Origin: a candidate division WS6 bacterium GW2011_GWF2_39_15
GTDB lineage: Bacteria; Patescibacteriota; Dojkabacteria; SC72
Length of the DNA stretch: 64,000 bases
Assembly: GCA_000993565.1 (NCBI GenBank)
Contig: LBWK01000002.1
Location: 4,121-68,120, forward strand
Direction: 5' to 3'
Notes under the pieces: model-generated
The model's input: only the letters and a program-made list of their open reading frames with translations
Database searches by the model: none
Told to the model about the DNA's origin: nothing
Translations under genes and position numbers: made by a program
Part shown: positions 38,810-48,074 of the stretch, piece by piece
Position numbering within the stretch: the first letter of the stretch is position 1
Layout: each line of letters opens with the position of its first letter

Positions 38810-41800
38810 AAAAGAGAACTTTAAGGAGTTTGACGCCCTTAAGATCACATTATCTTCTCCGGAAGATATACTTAACTGGTCATATGGTGAGGTTACAAAA
38901 GCTGAAACCATAAACTATCGAACACTTAGGCCTGAACCTGAGGGTCTTTTCTGTGAGAAGATCTTTGGACCAAGTAAGAACTACGAGTGTTACTGTGGTA
39001 AATACAAAAAGATCAGGTATAGAGGAATAGTTTGTGATAAGTGCGGTGTTGAAGTTACAACACACGATGTAAGAAGAGAAAGAATGGGACATATCAAACT
39101 CGCCGTTCCTGCCGCTCATGTATGGTTTGCATACGGGGTTCCAAACAAGATGTCTATTGTTTTGGATATGTCTCATAAGCAACTCCTCTCAGTTATATAC
39201 TACACAAGGTATATGGTTGTAGGTCTGGATAACGATAAGAGAGCAACCGCCCTTACGAGACTGGATGAAATTAGAAAGGAAGAGTTTAACACTTTAGAGT
39301 CTCAATTGAATGAGTCTCTTAAGGTTGAAGAGGAAGGTTTTGCAAATGAGAAGAAAGTGATCGAGAAGAAAGAAAAAGACGGTAAAGCTAAAGAGTTCAA
39401 AGTTAATCAGCTTGAGCATAAGAAGAATCAGTCTCTTGCAAAGATCAGAAGAGAATATGCTGAACAGGAAGAAGTCTTGCAGGCCTTCTATACCAAACTT
39501 CAGGTAATTCTTGAGAAAGTTGCCGTCGGTACTATTATTACGGAAGATGAGTTTGTAGACCTTCAGGACAGAGAACTTCTGTTCTTTGAAGCTAAGATGG
39601 GTGCAGAAGCAATTGAAACGCTTCTTAAGAATCTGGATGTTGATGCTGAGATTTCCAAACTCAGGAAACTTGTTAAGTCAGAGAAGCTTGAAAAGAAATC
39701 AAATGTAATCAGAAGACTTCAATATCTTGAAGGATTCAAGAAGAATGGAATTGAGCCGGAATGGATGGTTATGAATATACTTCCGGTTATCCCTCCAGAT
39801 CTTCGCCCTATAATCCCTCTACCAGGAGGTAAGTTTGCCACATCAGACTTGAACGACCTGTATAGAAGAATTATTAATAGAAACAATCGTTTGAGAAGAC
39901 TTATTGATATAGGTGCACCTGAAGTAATTCTTAGAAATGAGAAGAGAATGCTACAGGAGGCTGTTGATGCTTTGATTGATAACTCACATCGACCAAGTAA
40001 AGCGATGATGAATAATAAGAAGCTTCCTTATCAGTCTTTAACTGATGAGCTAAGAGGAAAGAAAGGTATTTTCAGAAGGAATCTTCTTGGAAAGCGTGTT
40101 GACTACTCTGGTCGAGCAGTAATTATTGGAGACGCAACATTGAACCTAAACCAGTGCGGTCTTCCAAAATCAATTGCACTTGAGATTTTTAAGCCATTTG
40201 TAATAAGTGAACTCCTTAGAAGAGAACTGGCACCAAACATTAGGGTTGCTAAAGATATTATTGACTCAAATGAAGATGTTATCTGGGATATTCTTGAAGG
40301 GGTCATCAATAACAGACCTGTACTTCTTAACCGTGCTCCGACCCTTCACAAATATAGTATACAGGCTTTTTATCCTAAGCTAGTTGAAGGAGAAGCAATC
40401 AGAATACATCCGTTAGTATGTAAGGCATTTAATGCCGACTTCGATGGAGACCAGATGCCTGTTCACGTTTTGTTAACAGATGATGCTGTAAGCGAAGGTA
40501 GAGGAGTTATGTTAGCTGAAAGAAACATCGTTTCAATTGCTAACGGTAAGATGCTTGCTAACCCAGCAAAGGATATGCTTCTTGGATTCTTCCTCCTTAC
40601 AGATATGATTGAGGTTGAAAAGCCAAGGATTATGGGAACATTTGAGGATGTTATCCGTGCATATATGAGAAGGTCTATTGGAATTACAGAGCAAATTATT
40701 GCAAGAGGAAAAGGTCAGACATGGAGGACAACTCCTGGAAGAATCCTCTTTAACTCCGTCCTTCCATTGGAATATGAGTTTGTAAACGAGAGAATTGATT
40801 CAAGTACTGTAGGAAAGATAGTTGATAGTGTTAAAGCTAACTACCCATTAGAGGTAGTGGTAAAACTTCTCGATGATCTTAAATCATTAGGATTTAAGTA
40901 TGCTACAAACTTGGGATTCAGTTTTGCAATGGAAGACTGTGCTGTAGATTTCGATTTAGCAAGTCAGATTAAGGGTATGGAAGAGAAAGATAAGCAGCTT
41001 CAGGAGAACTATCTCCAGGGCCTTATCACTGATCAGGAAAAGAACAAGCTCTCCACAGATATGTGGAACGACTTCGCTGATGCGTCAGGAGAAGAAGCTT
41101 GGAAGAAACTTGATAAAAATAACTCAGTGTTCGAAATGATTCAGTCAGGTGCTAACGGTGGAAAGATTCAGGCAAGACAGATCTTAACCCTTAAGGGTAT
41201 GGTTAGGGATTCCTCAGGAAACTGGGTACCTCTTCCAATCAAAGGAAACTTCAGAGATGGTCTTAATGGATTCGAGTACTTTGTAGCCGCAAACTCAGGA
41301 AGAAAGGGTATTGCAGACCGATCACTCAGAACCTCTTCCTCAGGATATCTGACTAGAAAACTTGTTGATGTAGCTCATGAAGTTATAGTTAGAGAAGAGG
41401 ATTGTGGTGTTGCAGATGGTGAGGGCCTTAGAGTCTCTAGAAATGATGACAGAAGGCTTTCATACGAAGATAGAATATTTGGAAGGTATACTGCTGAGGA
41501 AGTTAAGGATGAAAAAGGAAATATCATTGTTCCAAAGAATGAGGCAATCAGCAGAGAGCTTGCCCAGGAAATTGACAAAGCAGGTATTGATAATGTTGTT
41601 GTGAGGACACCTATAACATGTAAGACACCTCTTGGAGTATGTCAGAAATGTTACGGGTTTGATCTTGAACAGAATAAAGTTATTGAGATGGGTAAAGCTG
41701 TTGGTGTTATTGCGGCACAATCACTCGGTGAACCGGGTACTCAGATGACTATGCAGACATTCCATAAAGGTGGTGTACAGAGAACTGACATTACACAGGG

Positions 41801-42692
41801 ATTGCCTAGAATTGAGGAGCTATTCGAAGCCAGGACACCTAAGAATGAGGCAGAGATGTCAACAGTTGACGGTGTTGCTAAAATTGAGACTCAGGAAGAT
41901 GGATCGGCAACAGTAACAATCAAGGGTAAGAGAACGTTAACTAGATTCTACATTGTTTCAGATGCTAAGAAGATCAATGTGAGTCATGAGTCAAAGGTAA
42001 AGAATGGTGAGGTAATGTATCTTGATCATGAAGGAGCAGAAAGACAGGCGCCATTTGCAGGAGACGTTACAATAGAAGGCGGACTTCTTAAGCTTCAAGG
42101 AGAGAAGAAAGCAGAGGAAACTCTAAGCATTCTTCCTGGACAGGCATTAGTAATTAACGATGGAGATGAAGTTTATGCAGGACAGCAGGTTACTGAAGGA
42201 TCTCTTGATCCTAAGAAGTTAGCTATGACAACAAAGATAATGACAGCTCAGAAGTATATACTGGATGGAGTACAGAAGGTATTTAATGAGCAGGGAGTAT
42301 CTATCTCTGATGTTCATATCGAGGTAATTCTGCGACAGATGGCAAGGCTTGGAAGAGTGAGAGAATCTGGAGATTCCAGCTATCTTGTAGGAGCACTTGT
42401 AAACAGGTTTGTAGGAGATGTTAAGAACGAAATGTTGGTTGCAGAGGGTAGGAATAAAGCATTAATACTTCCAAAACTAATGGGAATCAAAGCCTCAGCT
42501 CTTTATACAGAAAGCTTCTTATCTGCTATGTCATTCGAACAGCAGGTGAAGGTACTAACCGATGCCAGTATCTTAGGGAAGATAGACTATATAAGAGGTA
42601 TGAAGGAGAGTGTAATAATTGGTAAACCAATTCCATCCGGTGAGACCGCGAGGATAGAGGATAAAACCAAGTTAGAGGAGGTTAATATTTAG
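38790..42692 (+). CDS. rpoC: RNA polymerase beta' subunit
   Basis: GLFCEKIFGP, CYCGK..CDKCGVE zinc finger, NLLGKRVDYSGR, NRAPTLH, NADFDGDQM. Confidence 0.98.
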   Translation: MMNRQSKKENFKEFDALKITLSSPEDILNWSYGEVTKAETINYRTLRPEPEGLFCEKIFGPSKNYECYCGKYKKIRYRGIVCDKCGVEVTTHDVRRERMGHIKLAVPAAHVWFAYGVPNKMSIVLDMSHKQLLSVIYYTRYMVVGLDNDKRATALTRLDEIRKEEFNTLESQLNESLKVEEEGFANEKKVIEKKEKDGKAKEFKVNQLEHKKNQSLAKIRREYAEQEEVLQAFYTKLQVILEKVAVGTIITEDEFVDLQDRELLFFEAKMGAEAIETLLKNLDVDAEISKLRKLVKSEKLEKKSNVIRRLQYLEGFKKNGIEPEWMVMNILPVIPPDLRPIIPLPGGKFATSDLNDLYRRIINRNNRLRRLIDIGAPEVILRNEKRMLQEAVDALIDNSHRPSKAMMNNKKLPYQSLTDELRGKKGIFRRNLLGKRVDYSGRAVIIGDATLNLNQCGLPKSIALEIFKPFVISELLRRELAPNIRVAKDIIDSNEDVIWDILEGVINNRPVLLNRAPTLHKYSIQAFYPKLVEGEAIRIHPLVCKAFNADFDGDQMPVHVLLTDDAVSEGRGVMLAERNIVSIANGKMLANPAKDMLLGFFLLTDMIEVEKPRIMGTFEDVIRAYMRRSIGITEQIIARGKGQTWRTTPGRILFNSVLPLEYEFVNERIDSSTVGKIVDSVKANYPLEVVVKLLDDLKSLGFKYATNLGFSFAMEDCAVDFDLASQIKGMEEKDKQLQENYLQGLITDQEKNKLSTDMWNDFADASGEEAWKKLDKNNSVFEMIQSGANGGKIQARQILTLKGMVRDSSGNWVPLPIKGNFRDGLNGFEYFVAANSGRKGIADRSLRTSSSGYLTRKLVDVAHEVIVREEDCGVADGEGLRVSRNDDRRLSYEDRIFGRYTAEEVKDEKGNIIVPKNEAISRELAQEIDKAGIDNVVVRTPITCKTPLGVCQKCYGFDLEQNKVIEMGKAVGVIAAQSLGEPGTQMTMQTFHKGGVQRTDITQGLPRIEELFEARTPKNEAEMSTVDGVAKIETQEDGSATVTIKGKRTLTRFYIVSDAKKINVSHESKVKNGEVMYLDHEGAERQAPFAGDVTIEGGLLKLQGEKKAEETLSILPGQALVINDGDEVYAGQQVTEGSLDPKKLAMTTKIMTAQKYILDGVQKVFNEQGVSISDVHIEVILRQMARLGRVRESGDSSYLVGALVNRFVGDVKNEMLVAEGRNKALILPKLMGIKASALYTESFLSAMSFEQQVKVLTDASILGKIDYIRGMKESVIIGKPIPSGETARIEDKTKLEEVNI

Positions 42693-42717
42693 TTAATATT
42701 GTAGTATAATACCAGTC

Positions 42718-43140
42718 ATGCCGACGATAAATCAGTTAATAAGAAAACCTAGAAGATCTAAGCCTGATAAGAAGAGATTCAAAGCTTTGGGAACAAACTT
42801 TAATACTCTTAAGAAAAGGTATAAGAAAGCAGACAATCCTTTTAAAAGAGGAGTGTGTTTGCAGGTAAAGACCATGACACCTAAGAAGCCTAACTCAGCT
42901 TTGCGAAAAGTTGCTAAGGTTAGACTTTCTAATGGAATGGAAATAACCGCTTATATTCCAGGGGAAGGTCACAACCTTCAGGAGCACTCAGTTGTTCTTG
43001 TCAGAGCAGGAAGAAAGAGAGACCTTCCGGGTGTAAAATATATTGTTGTAAGAGGGAAGTATGATACACAGGGTGTAAAAGGAAGAAAGAAGGCAAGGTC
43101 CAAGTACGGTGCTAAGAAAGAAAAAGCAAAAGTAGAGTAA
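42718..43140 (+). CDS. rpsL: 30S ribosomal protein S12
   Basis: [39 protein letters not shown]. Confidence 0.98.
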   Translation: MPTINQLIRKPRRSKPDKKRFKALGTNFNTLKKRYKKADNPFKRGVCLQVKTMTPKKPNSALRKVAKVRLSNGMEITAYIPGEGHNLQEHSVVLVRAGRKRDLPGVKYIVVRGKYDTQGVKGRKKARSKYGAKKEKAKVE

Positions 43141-43164
43141 GTTTATATTTATTAAGTATTAGTT

Positions 43165-43632
43165 ATGAGAGGTAAGCAAGCAAAAAGAAAAGAACAGCAG
43201 AGAGATGTTAAATTTAACAGTCCTCTTGTTGCCAGATTAATAAGCAAAGTCATGCAGCACGGGAAAAAGAGTACTGCACAAGCTCTTGTATATTCAGCTC
43301 TCGATAATGCATCTAAGAAGTTCAAACTAGAGTCTGATAAGTTCCTTGAAGAGGTTGTTGCTAAAGTAAAGCCAACTCTAGAGGTCCGAAGTAGAAGAGT
43401 AGGTGGTGCAAACTATGCAGTCCCGGTGCCAGTTTCTACTGCACGACAGGAAACATTGGCTATCAGATGGATTGTTGATTATGCAAGAAAGAAGGGCGGT
43501 CAACCATTTGATAAACTCCTTGAAGCAGAATTAGTTGCTGCTTTTAATGGAGAAGGAGACGCAATGAAGAAGAGAGCAGATGTTGAGAAAATGGCGGAAG
43601 CCAACAAAGCATTTGCACACTTTAGATGGTAA
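43165..43632 (+). CDS. rpsG: 30S ribosomal protein S7
   Basis: GKKSTA, EVRSRRVGGANY, MAEANKAFAHFRW. Confidence 0.98.
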   Translation: MRGKQAKRKEQQRDVKFNSPLVARLISKVMQHGKKSTAQALVYSALDNASKKFKLESDKFLEEVVAKVKPTLEVRSRRVGGANYAVPVPVSTARQETLAIRWIVDYARKKGGQPFDKLLEAELVAAFNGEGDAMKKRADVEKMAEANKAFAHFRW

Positions 43633-43636
43633 TCCC

Positions 43637-44494
43637 ATGTATCCAATCCTACTGGCTTTAGGGGCGTCCTTTTTCTTCGGTTTTGAAAATGTTTTTATCA
43701 AACTCAATGTCCAGAAGAATAACAAGGCGAGTCTTCTTATGGCCAGGAGCCTGATTGGATTTTTTATCTCTTTGATTCTTGCTTATTTTTTCAGACAGGA
43801 TTTAGAGCTATGGCCAGTCATTATCACAGTGATCCTTGCTGCGATTTCTTTCTTTGCGTTTGTTTTCTACTACAAAGCTATTGATTTGGGTAACCCAAGT
43901 ATAACGGCAGCAATCGCAGTTAGCCGATTGGTCTTAATAACAATAATAGGAGTTTTTATACTTAAATATGCACTTGGGTATTTGAGTATCTTGTGGATAG
44001 TTATGATTATAACTGGGGTTGTTCTTTTAACGGTGGACTTTAAAAAGCTAAAGAGCAGGGGAAAGATCGAAAAAGCTGCAGTCAATGCTTTGATCTCCAC
44101 AGCTCTTTTTGGCATAGCTGTAGGATTTTTCTCTTACCCGATTAAACTCATAGGCCCTTATAATGTTCAGATGTTTTACACCCTAAGCCTTATAATATTT
44201 GCAGCTTTATATATGATCTACAGGGAGAAGGAATCGATTAGAGAAATAACATTGAACATGATTAAAAGCAAAGGGATTTTTCTAACTGGACTTTTTGGAT
44301 GTTTAGGGGGGCTTTCCTTTACAATAGCTTTGAACTTTGGAAATCCCAATATTTTAAATCCCATTTCTAGCTGCTCTCCGATAATTACAGCAATAATCTC
44401 ATATTTCCTGTTCAGAGAGAAACTGACTTTTCAGAAGTATATAGGTATCCTCATTACAACTCTTGGAGTTATTCTGTTAGGGTATTTCAAATAG
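43637..44494 (+). CDS. EamA/DMT family transporter
   Basis: About 10 TMs in two repeats, FREKLT motif; real start is probably ATG 43637. Confidence 0.85.
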   Translation: MYPILLALGASFFFGFENVFIKLNVQKNNKASLLMARSLIGFFISLILAYFFRQDLELWPVIITVILAAISFFAFVFYYKAIDLGNPSITAAIAVSRLVLITIIGVFILKYALGYLSILWIVMIITGVVLLTVDFKKLKSRGKIEKAAVNALISTALFGIAVGFFSYPIKLIGPYNVQMFYTLSLIIFAALYMIYREKESIREITLNMIKSKGIFLTGLFGCLGGLSFTIALNFGNPNILNPISSCSPIITAIISYFLFREKLTFQKYIGILITTLGVILLGYFK

Positions 44495-44546
44495 TAAATA
44501 AGTTGAAATAGGTATCTCTGCCACGTAGAATAGCTTCTCGCTAGTA

Positions 44547-45482
44547 TTATTTTGTGCTCTCAATTCTTTTCCACCCGGTTTTTGGGACGCCTTTTCTTAG
44601 AATGATTCTCTCAATAAAGATACCTATCCAGGTAACAAGCCGTACGGGAAACATAAGAAGTGACCAGAAAAGCTCTTTTATATTTTTTGGATAGATAAGC
44701 ACAAAAAATGCATATGGTAGTTCAATCCAAAAGCTTCTGCTCTGCTTGTCTTTTTCAAAGATTCCAAGCTGTTTTAACTGTATAAATCCTCCTATGGACC
44801 TTAGTTTTTGAGTATAATAGTCTTTAAAAGTGGTAGGATATTTCACAGTGACTTTTGCTTTCGGGGCATATGCTATTTCAAATCCCTTCCTTCGTATCTC
44901 ATAGGACATATAAGCATCCTCAGTGAGTAAATCTTGTTGTAACTTTTTAATCAATCCCTTCTTTATTGATAATATATATCCGCTCATAGGGAAAAATCCT
45001 TTCCCAGAGATATAATAATCTTTAACTTTATCCAGGACGCGTGTTCTTCTATGATGAGCAGAATCTACTAGCAAGTGGCTCATATATCCGTAAAAACTAT
45101 TTCGTTTATTAGATGACACCGGCATTCCTGAGACTCCTCCGATTTTTTCGTTTTCATACGGTTTTAGAAGATGCTTTACAGAGTTTTTTTGAAAGAAGAC
45201 TTCTCCATCTGTGAGTATTAGGATGTCTCCTTTCGCTTCTTTGAATGCGAAATTTAGTGCATAGGGTTTTCCTCTGTGTGGATCAATTAGCTGTCTAAAC
45301 TTCTTACCCAGTCTGAGCGATTTTGTGGCCTTTAAACCTGCATGCAATGTTTCTTTGTCTGGTGAAATCTGAATTAGTTCAAAGTCTTTTGGAATTCCGG
45401 AATACGAAGACTTGGCTATTGATTCAATAACCTTGCCTATTGTCCCCGGCTCTTTATATGAAGTTATGATTACTGATAGCAT
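44547..45482 (-). CDS. Family-2 glycosyltransferase
   Basis: MLSVIITSYKEP, GKPYALN, LTDGE, TED; start at ATG 45482. Confidence 0.85.
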   Translation of the reverse strand: MLSVIITSYKEPGTIGKVIESIAKSSYSGIPKDFELIQISPDKETLHAGLKATKSLRLGKKFRQLIDPHRGKPYALNFAFKEAKGDILILTDGEVFFQKNSVKHLLKPYENEKIGGVSGMPVSSNKRNSFYGYMSHLLVDSAHHRRTRVLDKVKDYYISGKGFFPMSGYILSIKKGLIKKLQQDLLTEDAYMSYEIRRKGFEIAYAPKAKVTVKYPTTFKDYYTQKLRSIGGFIQLKQLGIFEKDKQSRSFWIELPYAFFVLIYPKNIKELFWSLLMFPVRLVTWIGIFIERIILRKGVPKTGWKRIESTK

Positions 45483-45486
45483 ATGC

Positions 45487-46149
45487 TTATTCAGTTTTAT
45501 CTGTAGTCTCTCCTCCTGTCGCTTCACCCTCTGCTGGTGCTTCTGCACCTTCCTCTCCTTCAGCAGGAGTTGCAGTTGGAAGCTCTTCCTCAAGTTTCTG
45601 AAGTTGCGTAATTGTTACGATTGCACTCATTGCGTGCTCGTCGTTTGGTAGTGTCATACCCTTTGGTAGGGCAATGTCATTCATGGATATTGTTTGTCCC
45701 GGATGTTCTAGATTTGATATATCAATTTCAATCTCTGATACTAGATCTGCAAGTTTACACTTAACATCTACTGCTGGTAAGGCCTTAACAAGGATACCAA
45801 GATTATTTTTAACGGCAGGAGATATACCAGTAAGCTTGAATGGTATTGTAAATATCATCTCCTTATTTTCATCAATCTGGAAGAATGATACATGTCTAAC
45901 TTCATCTGTAATGGGATTAAAGTCGAAGTCTTTAACCACGGTTTTAATCTTTTTCCCGTCCAGTTCTGCATCAAGAATTGTTGTTGATGTTGCATGTGCT
46001 GCTAACCAGTTAGCTTCCTTTACTGTAATCTGTACATTGAATGACTCTGCTTTCTCATTGTATACGACTGCAGCTACAATTCCCTGCTTAAGAAGATGTG
46101 CTACTTTTCCGCCTGTAATTTCTCTTTTATTTAATACAATCTTTTCCAT
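45487..46149 (-). CDS. rplY: 50S ribosomal protein L25/Ctc
   Basis: REITG.....L...G...AVVY, VKD.D.NP.....HVSF, C-terminal Ctc domain and acidic tail. Confidence 0.9.
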   Translation of the reverse strand: MEKIVLNKREITGGKVAHLLKQGIVAAVVYNEKAESFNVQITVKEANWLAAHATSTTILDAELDGKKIKTVVKDFDFNPITDEVRHVSFFQIDENKEMIFTIPFKLTGISPAVKNNLGILVKALPAVDVKCKLADLVSEIEIDISNLEHPGQTISMNDIALPKGMTLPNDEHAMSAIVTITQLQKLEEELPTATPAEGEEGAEAPAEGEATGGETTDKTE

Positions 46150-46323
46150 ATTCAGTGAGTGAGTTTAGCAGAATTAGGTCTATTTGTCTACTAAAAATAT
46201 GGCTAATTCTGTATAATCATACCTATTGATCTTGTCTATTAGAATATGAAAAATATTGGTCTTGGTGTCCTCATTAATACTCGTGTTAGGAATAACACTT
46301 TTGTGCAAAATTATACGAAATCG

Positions 46324-46647
46324 TTAATAAATTGGAAGTCTTCCCTCTCTTCCTTCTTTAGTAATTTCTTCGACTTTTGCATTTATCCTGTCCATGATCA
46401 ATAGGGAGTCGTTTGTCCCTTTTACAATTGTAACGGCAGCCATATGGACTTGTTTCGCCATCTCTTCTGTCCCTTCTTTTGCTTCAAAAAGTGGGAAGAG
46501 TAGCTCGTTATCCGGAGTGTTTATAGCTATATACCAAAAGTCTGCGTCTTTCTTTCCCATTTCGTGATTAGAAAGAACTAACATAGTTACCTTATGATCC
46601 TTTCTCCACCATGGCCATGTTGTAGTGAATGCGGTTTCTTTGTCCAT
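46324..46647 (-). CDS. Hypothetical protein
   Basis: 107-aa ORF with upstream TATAAT. Confidence 0.55.
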   Translation of the reverse strand: MDKETAFTTTWPWWRKDHKVTMLVLSNHEMGKKDADFWYIAINTPDNELLFPLFEAKEGTEEMAKQVHMAAVTIVKGTNDSLLIMDRINAKVEEITKEGREGRLPIY

Positions 46648-46703
46648 AATAATAAGAGTAATATCGCATGATTATACCCTCTTTGTGCCTTTCTATTCAA
46701 ATC

Positions 46704-46759
46704 TTGACTCTCTTTCACTGAGGTGATACTATCTAGCAATTAAATAAGTGGAGTGCTAA
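46704..46759 (+). promoter_or_regulatory. Sigma70 promoter plus CIRCE operator of hrcA-grpE-dnaK
   Basis: TTGACT(46704)-17-TACTAT(46727) with TG extension; CTAGCAATT-N9-GAGTGCTAA at 46733-46759 abutting the ATG. Confidence 0.88.
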
Positions 46760-47485
46760 ATGCCAATATCAGAAAGACAAAAAAATATCCTTATGGCAAT
46801 CATAGAGGAATTTATGAGTAATGCTGATGAGATAGGATCAGTTGCTCTAATGAAGCGACATAATCTTGGAGTCAGTTCGGCTACTATTCGAAGTGAAATG
46901 GTCAGACTCATGGAAGAAGGTCTCCTTGAAAAGAGTCACATATCTTCCGGAAGGTTTCCGACAGATCAGGCAATTAGACTCTATGTAAAAGAAATAGCTG
47001 AAAAAAGAAGGATGTCAGCGGTTGACGAAGTTGAGATTAGGCAGGGGATATTTAAGGTGAGATTTTCTCAAGATCAGCTTATTAAAGAAATTCTTGATAT
47101 GTTAGTAAGGAAGTGTGATAGTGCCGCCTTCTTCCTCTCCGACGATGATAGAAGATATTACGGGGTCTCTTCACTTATGCATTATGAAGAGCTAAGGAAT
47201 GTAGAGATACTTCAAAGAGTATTAGATGTCCTTGAGGATAAGGATATTTTAAGAAAGATCTTTTCGAAGTACGACACCATGGACGTATCACTCCTGATTG
47301 GAGCCGAGACAGGAATAAAAGACCTTGAGAACTGTTCAATCGCTTTTACCAAGGTTGGACTTTTAAAAGGAAGGGCGGGGCATATGGGAATTATCGGGTC
47401 AAGGCGTCTCGACTATTCTAACGTAATGTCGACACTCTCTGTGATCAGGGATTCCGTAGAGAATTCTCTTAAGGGATGGAATTAG
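46760..47485 (+). CDS. hrcA: Heat-inducible transcription repressor (short form)
   Basis: ERQ..IL.AII.E....GS...VSSATIRSEM..L...G.L...HISSGR.PT; GIIG..R.DY. Confidence 0.93.
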   Translation: MPISERQKNILMAIIEEFMSNADEIGSVALMKRHNLGVSSATIRSEMVRLMEEGLLEKSHISSGRFPTDQAIRLYVKEIAEKRRMSAVDEVEIRQGIFKVRFSQDQLIKEILDMLVRKCDSAAFFLSDDDRRYYGVSSLMHYEELRNVEILQRVLDVLEDKDILRKIFSKYDTMDVSLLIGAETGIKDLENCSIAFTKVGLLKGRAGHMGIIGSRRLDYSNVMSTLSVIRDSVENSLKGWN

Positions 47486-47502
47486 TTCAATTTTAATTAA
47501 GT

Positions 47503-48057
47503 ATGAAGAGACAGAAGCAGATGAAACAAGATAAAGTACAGGATTTCGAGAAAAAGGTTCAGGAACTGGAGAAGGACCTTAAAGCCTTGGCCGGGACAAT
47601 AGACCGGGTTGAGGATGAAAAACTTGTTATGCAAAACCAGCTTAAAAAGGCGCTTGCCGATTATAGCAATCTTGAGAGAGACATTGAAAAGAGAGTCGAG
47701 CTGAGATCTTTACAAACCAAGATAAGTATTGCCAGAGCACTTTTAAATAGTCTTGATGATATTAACTTTGCACTGGTGAACTCTGAAAAACTCGATCTCA
47801 ATGATGAGGCAAAGAAATGGATTGAAGGTATAAAAGCAACTCTTTTTGATATTGAGAAAGCAGTTGCCCAGTTTAATATCACAAAAATGGATGTGAAAAA
47901 GGGTGATAAGTATGATTCAAATATGCACGAGGCATTAGCTACAGTGCCTGAAGGAGAAGCTGGAATGATCTATGACATCGTTCAACCGGGTTTTGTGTTG
48001 GGCGATATTATAGTTAGGCCTGCAAGGGTCGTAATTAGTCAACCTAAAAATAACTAA
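47503..48057 (+). CDS. grpE: Nucleotide exchange factor GrpE
   Basis: ALADYSN, YDSNMHEA, QPGF.LG...VRPARV; operon position. Confidence 0.93.
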   Translation: MKRQKQMKQDKVQDFEKKVQELEKDLKALAGTIDRVEDEKLVMQNQLKKALADYSNLERDIEKRVELRSLQTKISIARALLNSLDDINFALVNSEKLDLNDEAKKWIEGIKATLFDIEKAVAQFNITKMDVKKGDKYDSNMHEALATVPEGEAGMIYDIVQPGFVLGDIIVRPARVVISQPKNN

Positions 48058-48074
48058 ATTATTATTAAACAACA

